Below, piece after piece: positions 1 to 7,214 of a stretch of 20,271 nucleotides of DNA. This DNA comes from a virus, in the IMG/VR virus record IMGVR_UViG_3300027809_000005. One strand, 5' to 3'. Each line of letters opens with the position of its first letter. Positions within the stretch are counted from its first letter, which is position 1. The notes under the pieces were generated by a model. That model made no database searches. It saw only the letters and a program-made list of their open reading frames with translations, and had not been told where the DNA came from. The position numbers were made by a program, and so were the translations under genes.

Positions 1-828
1 TCTCTAGTAATTACAGACCCAGCTATTTCTTCTGCCTATGCTGTAGCAGGACAACAAGAAGCGGTACACGTTCAGTCTTACTCCTATGCCAACCTAGACA
101 AGCTAACAATCACAGAACAAAACAAGATGATGATTGAAGCAGTTCGTAATGAGAAAGCACAAGAGCGTAACAGTCTAGTTATTGAAGTAATGGAAGAGTT
201 AGAGACTGCGTACAAGTCTTACCTTCTAGGTGAAATTACTGTAGAAGAGTTTGCTGAGTACTTAGCTCGTGGACTAGTAGCCATGTCTGTACTAGAAGGC
301 ATTAACTTCTACTCTACGTTTATGATGTTCTACCACATTCAACATAAATGGAATATCCTAGGTGGAACAGTTTCTATGATTCGTTATATTCATAAAGATG
401 AGTTCCAACACACATACTTAAATGGGCATACACACCGTGCAGTACTTACAGACTACCCGCTATCCCCTGAAGCTATGGAAAAGCATGTAGAGTGGTCACT
501 AAACTTCATTCGTGAGAATGTAAAACGAGAGATTGCTTATGGAGTAGACCTATTCAGTACAATTGGTGTACGTCCTTCTGAAATTGATACTTACATTCAC
601 TGGTTAGGTAACATCCGTTGCCAGTCTCTAGGATTGCCTCTAGCATTCCCGGATGACAAGTTTAAAGCAAATGAGAATCCAATTCCTTGGATGAAAGCTT
701 ATGATGACAGCCGCTTAGATGCAGGACAGAAGATGGACTTCTTTGAAACAAACAATACACAGTATACGAAGTCTGCAGCTAAGAACACACAGATCGATAA
801 ATCAGCTCGTAAGAAACTAAAATTCTAA
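1..828 (+). CDS. nrdB: Ribonucleotide reductase class I beta (R2) subunit, 5'-truncated by the window edge
   Basis: Frame 1 is open from base 1 (SLVITDPAISSAYAVAGQQEAVHVQSYSY), so the track start at 127 is internal. It carries the di-metal ligand motifs QEAVH with the radical Tyr (HVQSY), LEGINFYSTF and KDEFQH, plus the C-terminal NPIPWM..KMDFFE..Y typical of R2. Confidence 0.95.
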   Translation, partial: SLVITDPAISSAYAVAGQQEAVHVQSYSYANLDKLTITEQNKMMIEAVRNEKAQERNSLVIEVMEELETAYKSYLLGEITVEEFAEYLARGLVAMSVLEGINFYSTFMMFYHIQHKWNILGGTVSMIRYIHKDEFQHTYLNGHTHRAVLTDYPLSPEAMEKHVEWSLNFIRENVKREIAYGVDLFSTIGVRPSEIDTYIHWLGNIRCQSLGLPLAFPDDKFKANENPIPWMKAYDDSRLDAGQKMDFFETNNTQYTKSAAKNTQIDKSARKKLKF

Positions 829-840
829 GGAGTGAGTTAT

Positions 841-1083
841 ATGGAGTGTAATAATGAATTTTGTTTATGGAGTACGTTTGGGTCATGTTGTCACGAAGAT
901 TTTTTAAAAGTGGAAAAGATTGTTACCCCTAATCAACTAGACTGTCCCGCTTCTCTACGCAGAGACTTTCAGATACAGCTCTACAAACTTCGTGACGAAT
1001 GTGAAGCATTACTAGACAAGAGAAACATGAAAGAACTTATTGCAATTAAGAAGTTCATTCTCTCTCAACGGGAGGGCAAGTAA
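841..1083 (+). CDS. Hypothetical protein with Cys-rich N-terminus
   Basis: ORF track gives 832..1083. RBS AAGGAGTG at 827-834 favours the in-frame ATG at 841. Pattern C-x4-C-x7-CC..C followed by a helical C-terminus. Confidence 0.7.
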   Translation: MECNNEFCLWSTFGSCCHEDFLKVEKIVTPNQLDCPASLRRDFQIQLYKLRDECEALLDKRNMKELIAIKKFILSQREGK

Positions 1084-1290
1084 GTGAAGACTGATATGGA
1101 AGTAACCAGTGGGACGTTAAAGATTACGTCCCTAGACGGTGAATTTTATGCAGAAGTAGATATTGAAACAGGCATCACAGAGATGACCAATCATGGAGAT
1201 ATTAATAAGCTATATAGCTTTGCTCATGCTGTACGATCTCGTTACAGAAAGTTTATGAACAGTAAAGCAGCGGAAAACTTTTTTGAATAG
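1084..1290 (+). CDS. Hypothetical protein
   Basis: GTG start directly after the upstream stop, RBS GGAGGG near 1071-1076, 68 aa. Confidence 0.7.
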   Translation: MKTDMEVTSGTLKITSLDGEFYAEVDIETGITEMTNHGDINKLYSFAHAVRSRYRKFMNSKAAENFFE

Positions 1291-1301
1291 GGGGAGACGA
1301 A

Positions 1302-1553
1302 ATGGTTAGTAAGTATCGAAAGAAGCCTGTTGTTATTGAGGCAGTTCAGTTTAGCGGGAATACAACAATTGGAGATATTAAGAACTTTGTAGGGGACGCA
1401 CTGGGTGTTGACCAGCAGGGAGACTACTATATTAAAACGTTAGAAGGTAGCATGTATTTTTCATGGGGTCACTATATCATTAAAGGTGTTAAAGGGGAGT
1501 TTTACCCTTGTGAGGCAGACATATTTGAAATGACATATGATAAAGCAGAATAA
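1302..1553 (+). CDS. Widespread small phage protein (YRKKPV..TLEG..GEFYPC..IF..TY family); probable Acb4-like cyclic-nucleotide sponge
   Basis: RBS GGGGAG upstream. Family motifs KYRKKPVVIEAVQF, IKTLEG and YIIKGVKGEFYPCEADIFEMTY are present. The link to Acb4 is from memory of the family and is unverified. Confidence 0.55.
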   Translation: MVSKYRKKPVVIEAVQFSGNTTIGDIKNFVGDALGVDQQGDYYIKTLEGSMYFSWGHYIIKGVKGEFYPCEADIFEMTYDKAE

Positions 1554-1560
1554 CTACACT

Positions 1561-1597
1561 AAGTAGAGGGCTTTTTTAGCTCTCTACTTTTTATTTT
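1561..1597 (+). terminator. Rho-independent terminator
   Basis: Stem AAGTAGAGGGCT / AGCTCTCTACTT (one G-U pair) followed by TTTATTTT, just after the stop at 1553. Confidence 0.8.
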
Positions 1598-1607
1598 GTG
1601 GTATAAT
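1597..1607 (+). promoter_or_regulatory. Extended -10 promoter (TGTGgTATAAT)
   Basis: TRTG followed by a perfect TATAAT at 1602-1607, upstream of the ORF at 1660. No good -35 box. Confidence 0.6.
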
Positions 1608-1659
1608 AGAAGTATACAGAATATTCCGATAAATAACAAAGAATGGATGGTAAGAGAAA

Positions 1660-2427
1660 ATGACTCGAAAAAAGAGCTTAAATATACACAATACAGATCG
1701 TATGTTTAATTTGAATTTGACCACTAAGCAGGAGCAAGCCAGTTTTACTAAAGTTACACGACTGAATGAGAAATTAATTGAAAGAGAGATGGACGAGCTT
1801 AAGCGTAAATCTACAAGATTCAACAAGCGTAATCGTAAATCGTATCTACTATATAAAGAGCGTTACAGCAATGATACTGTGCAGGATAAAATTATGAACC
1901 ACGGAGGCTACATATACTACTACACAACAGACAGAGTTCCTGTACCTGTTATCAATCAGCTAGCCAATGTTCCTCAGTCGGAAGTAATTTACTTCTGTAA
2001 AAAAGATTATACAGCTGAAGATGTACGCAATGTCCAGCTTGTATCAATGGCAACTAAAGTAGCTATTGACGTACCAATCGTCCTTCCCGATATTAATGTA
2101 TATGACTACCTGTTCTCATTGTACCCGCTTCGTTATCATGTAGACAAAGTAAACATTTCTTTCCCGGCACTATCAGAAAAGGAGATTCAAGATCGCCACA
2201 AAGAATTTTACATTTTCTACAATGGGATGTACCATTTAAAAGCTAAATATAAATATCAGTGTTTCCAGTACTTACAGGAGCCACTATCTACGTGGAAAAT
2301 GAATATCTGGCTCATTTGTGACTCTAAACGAGATTTACAAATGGTAGAAAGTATGGTAGTAAGGGACAACAAACGTTTTCAACGTATGGACACTCCAGAA
2401 GAGGGGAGTGCTTTAGATGCTAATTAA
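1660..2427 (+). CDS. Conserved phage hypothetical protein (upstream of HU and DNA polymerase)
   Basis: 255-aa ORF that overlaps the next gene. Basic N-terminus, alpha/beta-patterned C-terminal part. Confidence 0.8.
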   Translation: MTRKKSLNIHNTDRMFNLNLTTKQEQASFTKVTRLNEKLIEREMDELKRKSTRFNKRNRKSYLLYKERYSNDTVQDKIMNHGGYIYYYTTDRVPVPVINQLANVPQSEVIYFCKKDYTAEDVRNVQLVSMATKVAIDVPIVLPDINVYDYLFSLYPLRYHVDKVNISFPALSEKEIQDRHKEFYIFYNGMYHLKAKYKYQCFQYLQEPLSTWKMNIWLICDSKRDLQMVESMVVRDNKRFQRMDTPEEGSALDAN

Positions 2428-2719
2428 TCGTGAAGAGCTAGCCCGACAAATCGCTTTGCGCGGTAGTTATAAAATCCGGGATGTTGATGAAGTAATTAAA
2501 CTACTAGAAGAGGTAATAGCAGATGCAGTAGAGGACGGGCATACAGTCAAGATAGGGAAGCTGATACAGATTTACCTTGATGAACTACCAAGAAAAGAAG
2601 CATATGACGGACTAAACAAACGATACTTTATCCGAGAAGCAAAGAAGGTACCTAAGGTGCAGCTGCTAAAACGATTAAAAGACATCGAAGTCCCTGTAAA
2701 CAAAGAGGAAGAGGGTTAA
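2417..2719 (+). CDS. HU/IHF-like (TF1-like) DNA-binding protein
   Basis: INREELARQIA..DVDEVIKLLEEVIADAVEDGHTVKIGKLIQI..PRKEAYDG...IREAKKVPKV..KRLKD follows the HU fold pattern. RBS GAGGGGAG upstream. Confidence 0.85.
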   Translation: MLINREELARQIALRGSYKIRDVDEVIKLLEEVIADAVEDGHTVKIGKLIQIYLDELPRKEAYDGLNKRYFIREAKKVPKVQLLKRLKDIEVPVNKEEEG

Positions 2720-2733
2720 CCTGTCCTCTTTTT
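2702..2733 (+). terminator. Probable intrinsic terminator after the HU-like gene
   Basis: AAAGAGGA...TCCTCTTT inverted repeat with an inner GGTTAACC, followed by a T-run. Confidence 0.6.
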
Positions 2734-2736
2734 CTG

Positions 2737-2765
2737 TTGACTTTCACTGTGAGCTATAGTATGAT
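2737..2765 (+). promoter_or_regulatory. Sigma-A-type promoter of the DNA polymerase gene
   Basis: TTGACT (2737-2742), 17-nt spacer, TATGAT (2760-2765). Confidence 0.75.
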
Positions 2766-2796
2766 TATAGACAAAGATATAAAGGAGGAACATGAT

Positions 2797-5700
2797 TTGG
2801 TCAAAGTAGCATTTCTTCAAGAGTACGCCCGTGAGAATCACTTTAGACTCGAAGCAAACGGGAATATCACGAACGTATTCTTTACCCAAAGAGCAGGTCA
2901 GATTCTTAAGAGTTTAATTGAGTCTGGGCTAGGGCTTAAGCGTGGTGAATATTATCTTGACTACGCCTATGCTAAAGTCCCAAAAGTAATTAACCGTAAT
3001 AATAGAGGGCAAGCCATTAAGTACAAGGTACCTAAATTGACAGGTCCTGATGGAGCTAAAGCAGAGTTTGATCTTCTGTATGAACGCATTGTAAGAGAGA
3101 AACCAGATATTATCATCCCTACAGGTAACTTAGGCTGTAAAGCGCTTCTAGGTAAATCAGAAGTGTCCAAGCTACGAGGAGTTCCCCATAAAATTACAGT
3201 AGAGATTCCTCAGAAGGAAGTACAAGAACAACCTGAGCCTATAGTAAACCCTGACAATGTAGCTAAGGTAGAAGAAATGAAGAAACGTCTGGCAATGACA
3301 GAAGAGGCGTTAGAGGCTTTCCTAGGTGCTTATGGAGATCGCTTAACGACAAATAGCCTAAATAAAGAACATGCTACACTGCTCCAACAGGTTGAAAGCC
3401 TGAAACAGCAGATTGATATGTTAGGCGGAGGAACTACTACATCTTCAGGAGACACAACGCATGAGTGCTGGGTACTGCCTATGTACAGTGTTGAATACAT
3501 GCTAGTAGACCCGAACATTCAGAATCTAGTTGAAGCAGACTTTATCACTCTTAAAAAATATGTGGAGCAGGGAGAAAGAGCGTTCGAAGCTTCCCCAACA
3601 GATTACGAACATGTTACTACAATAGAGCGTGTAAGAGAAATCTTCACTCAAGACATTCCAAAGGCTCCTATTGTCGCTTGGGATTTAGAGACGAATACCT
3701 TAAAACCAGAACTAGCAGGTGCAAAGCCTCTGGTAATTTCTTTATGTTGGGAAGAGGGACAAGGAATTACGATTCCATTAGAGCATAAAGAGCACACATG
3801 GCTACCCGGTGAACTAGCTGAGATTTATAACTACATAGAAGCCTTCGTAGCCGATGAGAACATAATCAAAGTCGGTCATAATTTGCAGTACGACATACGG
3901 TTCCTCAGATTAACAAAAGGATTCAAACGATTCAATAACCACCGTGACACAAAAGTCATGTACTATCTATTAATCAATCAGAATGTAGAGAAATCTTTAC
4001 GATTGAGCGACATGGCTTACGAGTTAACAGACATGGGTGGATATGACCGTGCTCTAGAAGTCTTCAAGAAAGACTATTTAGATCAGAAGTTGCAAGAAGA
4101 TAAAGAACGCATTGAACAAATGAAGTTAGAACACAAGCAATATGTCGCTAAGTTAAAAGCAGAACACCAGCTACTTATGCAACAGGAGAAACAGATAGCT
4201 AAACAGGAAGGCAGAAGACCTGTTATTACCAAGCTAGAAATTCCCAAGAAGACATTTCCTAGTGCTACCGCTCCGCGCAATGAAGTAGACGGAGGAAACT
4301 TTAACTATGAATGGATTCCTTTAGTATCCATGCTCTCTCCTTATGCTAGTGGTGACGTAGACTGCTGTTTACGTATTCATAATCACCTAGACTTGTTAGG
4401 ACAAAAGCCAGAGAACGCGGCTATCCGTATTCTTTACACAAACCATTACCCACAGTTAACAGATACACTAGCTGCTATTGAAGCTAACGGTGTAATGATG
4501 AATACAGAGTACACACAAGGGCTAGCAGATGCTTATGAAAAAGAAGAGAGACGTATTGTAGAAGTTATGCGTGAGTACCCAGAGGTAAAACAGCTCGAAG
4601 AAGAGATTTTAAAACTTTACCAGATTGGTTTAGAAGAATTTGCTAAGCCAGTAAAAGATCGTGACCCGGATGTAGTTAAGCTCCGAAATAAGTATAAAGA
4701 TGAAGAGGAGCGCATATTCAATCCAAACTCATCTGACCAGAAGAAGAAAGTACTGTTCAAATATACAGGGAATAAGCTACCATTTAACAAAACATTCCTA
4801 GTAGACAGTGCCGTGGAGGATAACATTCCTGAGGAGGAAATTGACTGGATTCACTATAAAGCAGATAAGACAGCTTTAGAATATATTAGTGAAAACTTTG
4901 AAGAGACAAAAGAGCTGGCAGATTGGCTACTTACTCACTCCTTAGTTAAAACCCGTAAACAGAACTTCACGTATAAACTGCTTGCAATGGTAGATGCTCA
5001 AGGTAAACTTCATGGTGGATTTAACCCGACAGGTACTGAGACATCTCGTCTGTCATCATCAGACCCAAACCTACAGCAGCTTCCACGTAAAACAGGGGAT
5101 GTAACACGATTCGACTACCAACACCCAATTAAGCGTATGTTCGTAACAAGCTTCCCGGGTGGAGCATTACTACAGCTGGATTATAGCTCTCTAGAGTCAC
5201 GTATTCTAGCATTAGCTGCAGAAGATGACCAGATGACACAAGCCTTCCTTAATGGGGATGATATTCATAAGGAGACAGCTTCACTGGTATTCGGTATCCC
5301 TATTGAAGAAGTTACAGACGATCAGCGTTCTTCAGCTAAGAGTACCACGTTCGGTATTGCCTACGGAGAAACACCGTTCTCTTACTATAGTAAAAACGGT
5401 ATGACTCTTGAGCAGGCTGAAAAGTTGTTCGAAGACTTTTTCCGTAACAAACCGAAGATTAAAGCATTCATTGATGCTACACACGAATATGTAAAGAAAT
5501 ACGGCTTTGTAGAGTGTATGCAGGGATTCAGACGTAGCCTTCGTGATATCTATTCACAAGATAAGTCTAAAGTAAACGGTGCGCTCCGTAAGTCTGTAAA
5601 TACCCGTATTCAAGGTACAGGTGCTTACTTAACGAACTCCTCTGTAATCCTTATTAATAAATTTATTGAAACAAAAGGGTTACGATCTAAAATTGTCTTA

Positions 5701-6060
5701 ACTGTACATGACTCCATTGTATTGGATTGTCCACCGGAAGAAGTGCATTTAATGGCTCAAGTAGCTCGTCACATCATGGAGAACTTACCTATTGACTGGT
5801 TGTTTATTGATTGGAAAGGTGAGAAAATCCGTTACCCAATCAAAGCAGATGTAGAGATCGGTGTTAACTATAACGACATGGTAGGCTACGATGCAGAAGA
5901 GCTTAACACGTTCCAAAACATTGCAGGATATTGTAAGTTCCACAATGACCTGAAACAGGTGAAGAACTACAAGGAATCTAAAGTTATAGACAAGGAAAAG
6001 GCTGAGCAATTAAAAACAGCTATTGAAGAACGTAAACCCGTCTATCAAACTGCAATGTAA
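2797..6060 (+). CDS. polA: Family A DNA polymerase with N-terminal uracil-DNA-glycosylase-like domain and 3'-5' exonuclease
   Basis: Exo I AWDLET, Exo II GHNLQYD, Exo III YASGDVD. TETSRLSSSDPNLQQLP, motif A LDYSSLESRILA, motif B RSSAKSTTFGIAYG, motif C TVHDSIV. N-terminal EKPDIIIPTGNLGCKALLG..SKLRG is UDG family 4-like. Start moved to TTG 2797 (AGGAGG at 2783-2788), because the track start at 2737 is the -35 box. Confidence 0.96.
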   Translation: MVKVAFLQEYARENHFRLEANGNITNVFFTQRAGQILKSLIESGLGLKRGEYYLDYAYAKVPKVINRNNRGQAIKYKVPKLTGPDGAKAEFDLLYERIVREKPDIIIPTGNLGCKALLGKSEVSKLRGVPHKITVEIPQKEVQEQPEPIVNPDNVAKVEEMKKRLAMTEEALEAFLGAYGDRLTTNSLNKEHATLLQQVESLKQQIDMLGGGTTTSSGDTTHECWVLPMYSVEYMLVDPNIQNLVEADFITLKKYVEQGERAFEASPTDYEHVTTIERVREIFTQDIPKAPIVAWDLETNTLKPELAGAKPLVISLCWEEGQGITIPLEHKEHTWLPGELAEIYNYIEAFVADENIIKVGHNLQYDIRFLRLTKGFKRFNNHRDTKVMYYLLINQNVEKSLRLSDMAYELTDMGGYDRALEVFKKDYLDQKLQEDKERIEQMKLEHKQYVAKLKAEHQLLMQQEKQIAKQEGRRPVITKLEIPKKTFPSATAPRNEVDGGNFNYEWIPLVSMLSPYASGDVDCCLRIHNHLDLLGQKPENAAIRILYTNHYPQLTDTLAAIEANGVMMNTEYTQGLADAYEKEERRIVEVMREYPEVKQLEEEILKLYQIGLEEFAKPVKDRDPDVVKLRNKYKDEEERIFNPNSSDQKKKVLFKYTGNKLPFNKTFLVDSAVEDNIPEEEIDWIHYKADKTALEYISENFEETKELADWLLTHSLVKTRKQNFTYKLLAMVDAQGKLHGGFNPTGTETSRLSSSDPNLQQLPRKTGDVTRFDYQHPIKRMFVTSFPGGALLQLDYSSLESRILALAAEDDQMTQAFLNGDDIHKETASLVFGIPIEEVTDDQRSSAKSTTFGIAYGETPFSYYSKNGMTLEQAEKLFEDFFRNKPKIKAFIDATHEYVKKYGFVECMQGFRRSLRDIYSQDKSKVNGALRKSVNTRIQGTGAYLTNSSVILINKFIETKGLRSKIVLTVHDSIVLDCPPEEVHLMAQVARHIMENLPIDWLFIDWKGEKIRYPIKADVEIGVNYNDMVGYDAEELNTFQNIAGYCKFHNDLKQVKNYKESKVIDKEKAEQLKTAIEERKPVYQTAM

Positions 6061-6088
6061 AAAGTTTTAAAAAGTTTGTATTTTATAC

Positions 6089-6117
6089 TTGCAATACAGA
6101 CAAGGTTATAGTATTAT
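6089..6117 (+). promoter_or_regulatory. Sigma-A-type promoter
   Basis: TTGCAA (6089-6094), 17-nt spacer, TATTAT (6112-6117), with an AT-rich UP-like tract upstream. Confidence 0.65.
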
Positions 6118-6170
6118 AGATTATAGAGAGGGAACAAGCCCTCTCGAATAACCTTAAAGGGGGAAAGGTA

Positions 6171-6686
6171 TTGGATATTAACATCGGTGACTTTGATTTT
6201 GGTACTCTTCGACTAGTCAATGAAGCTGGTCAATATGAAGAGTATAACTTAGAGGCAGAGCTGAGAGTAAATGAAACTACTTTACTCAAAGACATGCTTG
6301 AACAGCCTGCAAAGTTCGTTTACTGGGCATCGGTTCTAGAGAAGCTAAAGTACTTCCAAGAGAGTAAAGAGCTAGAATCTGAAAAGGTTATAGCGCAACT
6401 TGATACAGCAGCTAGAGATAAGTGCAAGCAAGATGGTTCGAAACCTACAAAAGACTTAGTAGAGACGTATCGTAAAAGCCAGCCTGAATATGAAGCTATT
6501 ATGAAAGAGATACACCACTTAAATTTTATTGTAGGTCGTGTAACTCGTATCGTAAAAGCATTCGAGCAGCGTAAGGATATGTTACAGTCTTATGGAAAGC
6601 AGGTAGCTGAACAGAAGATGTATGGTCAAGGTGCCGGTACCCGGATTGAAGACTACGATTATAATAGATTGAATGGAGGGGCATAA
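6171..6686 (+). CDS. UvsY-like recombination mediator protein
   Basis: Helical protein. LEAELRVNETTL..QPAKFVYWASVL / TKDLVETYRKSQPEY / IVKAFEQRKDMLQS parallels the T4 UvsY pattern as I recall it. Sits upstream of ssb and recA. TTG start. Confidence 0.65.
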   Translation: MDINIGDFDFGTLRLVNEAGQYEEYNLEAELRVNETTLLKDMLEQPAKFVYWASVLEKLKYFQESKELESEKVIAQLDTAARDKCKQDGSKPTKDLVETYRKSQPEYEAIMKEIHHLNFIVGRVTRIVKAFEQRKDMLQSYGKQVAEQKMYGQGAGTRIEDYDYNRLNGGA

Positions 6687-6687
6687 A

Positions 6688-6879
6688 ATGGTATACAAAC
6701 TGCAGTTTTTTAGTAGAGACGGAGAAGACTGTGGAAGTAAGATCGTAACAGAGCAACAGGCTGCTACTTTCTTATTTCATTGGATGAAGAAAGACGATAC
6801 TAGGTACGTAGAGATAGGCAATACGGCTATGACTACAAACCATATTCATAAATTCTCCTTAGAACACTACACAGGTTAA
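6688..6879 (+). CDS. Hypothetical protein
   Basis: RBS GGAGGGG at 6675-6681 favours ATG 6688 over the track start at 6673. Confidence 0.65.
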   Translation: MVYKLQFFSRDGEDCGSKIVTEQQAATFLFHWMKKDDTRYVEIGNTAMTTNHIHKFSLEHYTG

Positions 6880-6890
6880 GGGGGTGTCTA

Positions 6891-7106
6891 ATGCTTAAGA
6901 AGTTTATAGTATTTATCCTGTATCTAGGGTTTACCTTTCTTTACTGCCTCTTTTCAACTATGCTGACTGATCTATTCTTTGGTAAACCATCATTCAGTGA
7001 CCCACAGTGGTACACTTGCTGTGTATTAGGTCTGTTATCTGCTCTCATTATTATGCACAACTATGAAAAGATGAAAGAGCAAAAAGAGAACAAAAAAGTT
7101 AAATAA
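6891..7106 (+). CDS. Small membrane protein (2 predicted TM helices)
   Basis: Hydrophobic FIVFILYLGFTFLYCLFS and WYTCCVLGLLSALIIM segments, Lys-rich tail, RBS AAGGGGGTG. Confidence 0.7.
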   Translation: MLKKFIVFILYLGFTFLYCLFSTMLTDLFFGKPSFSDPQWYTCCVLGLLSALIIMHNYEKMKEQKENKKVK

Positions 7107-7121
7107 TTTAGTATAAAATGC

Positions 7122-7151
7122 TTGACCATATCATACACTGTATGATACAAT
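7122..7151 (+). promoter_or_regulatory. Sigma-A-type promoter of ssb with a 19-bp palindrome in its spacer
   Basis: TTGACC (7122-7127), 18-nt spacer, TACAAT (7146-7151) with the TG extension. Palindrome TATCATACA-C-TGTATGATA at 7129-7147. Confidence 0.7.
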
Positions 7152-7214
7152 ATTAATAGAGTTGAGGAGACAAGCTCTTTAACTACTAAAACCATTATTA
7201 GGAGGAAGCTACAT

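Noticed and set aside
829-844. Near-identical 16-mer GGAGTGAGTT(A/G)TATGG at 829 and 19701
   Set aside because: It consists mostly of SD plus start codon, and the copies are 19 kb apart with no further similarity, so convergence explains it.
2737-2796. Track start of the polymerase at TTG 2737
   Set aside because: That TTG is the -35 hexamer. The RBS at 2783-2788 points to TTG 2797.
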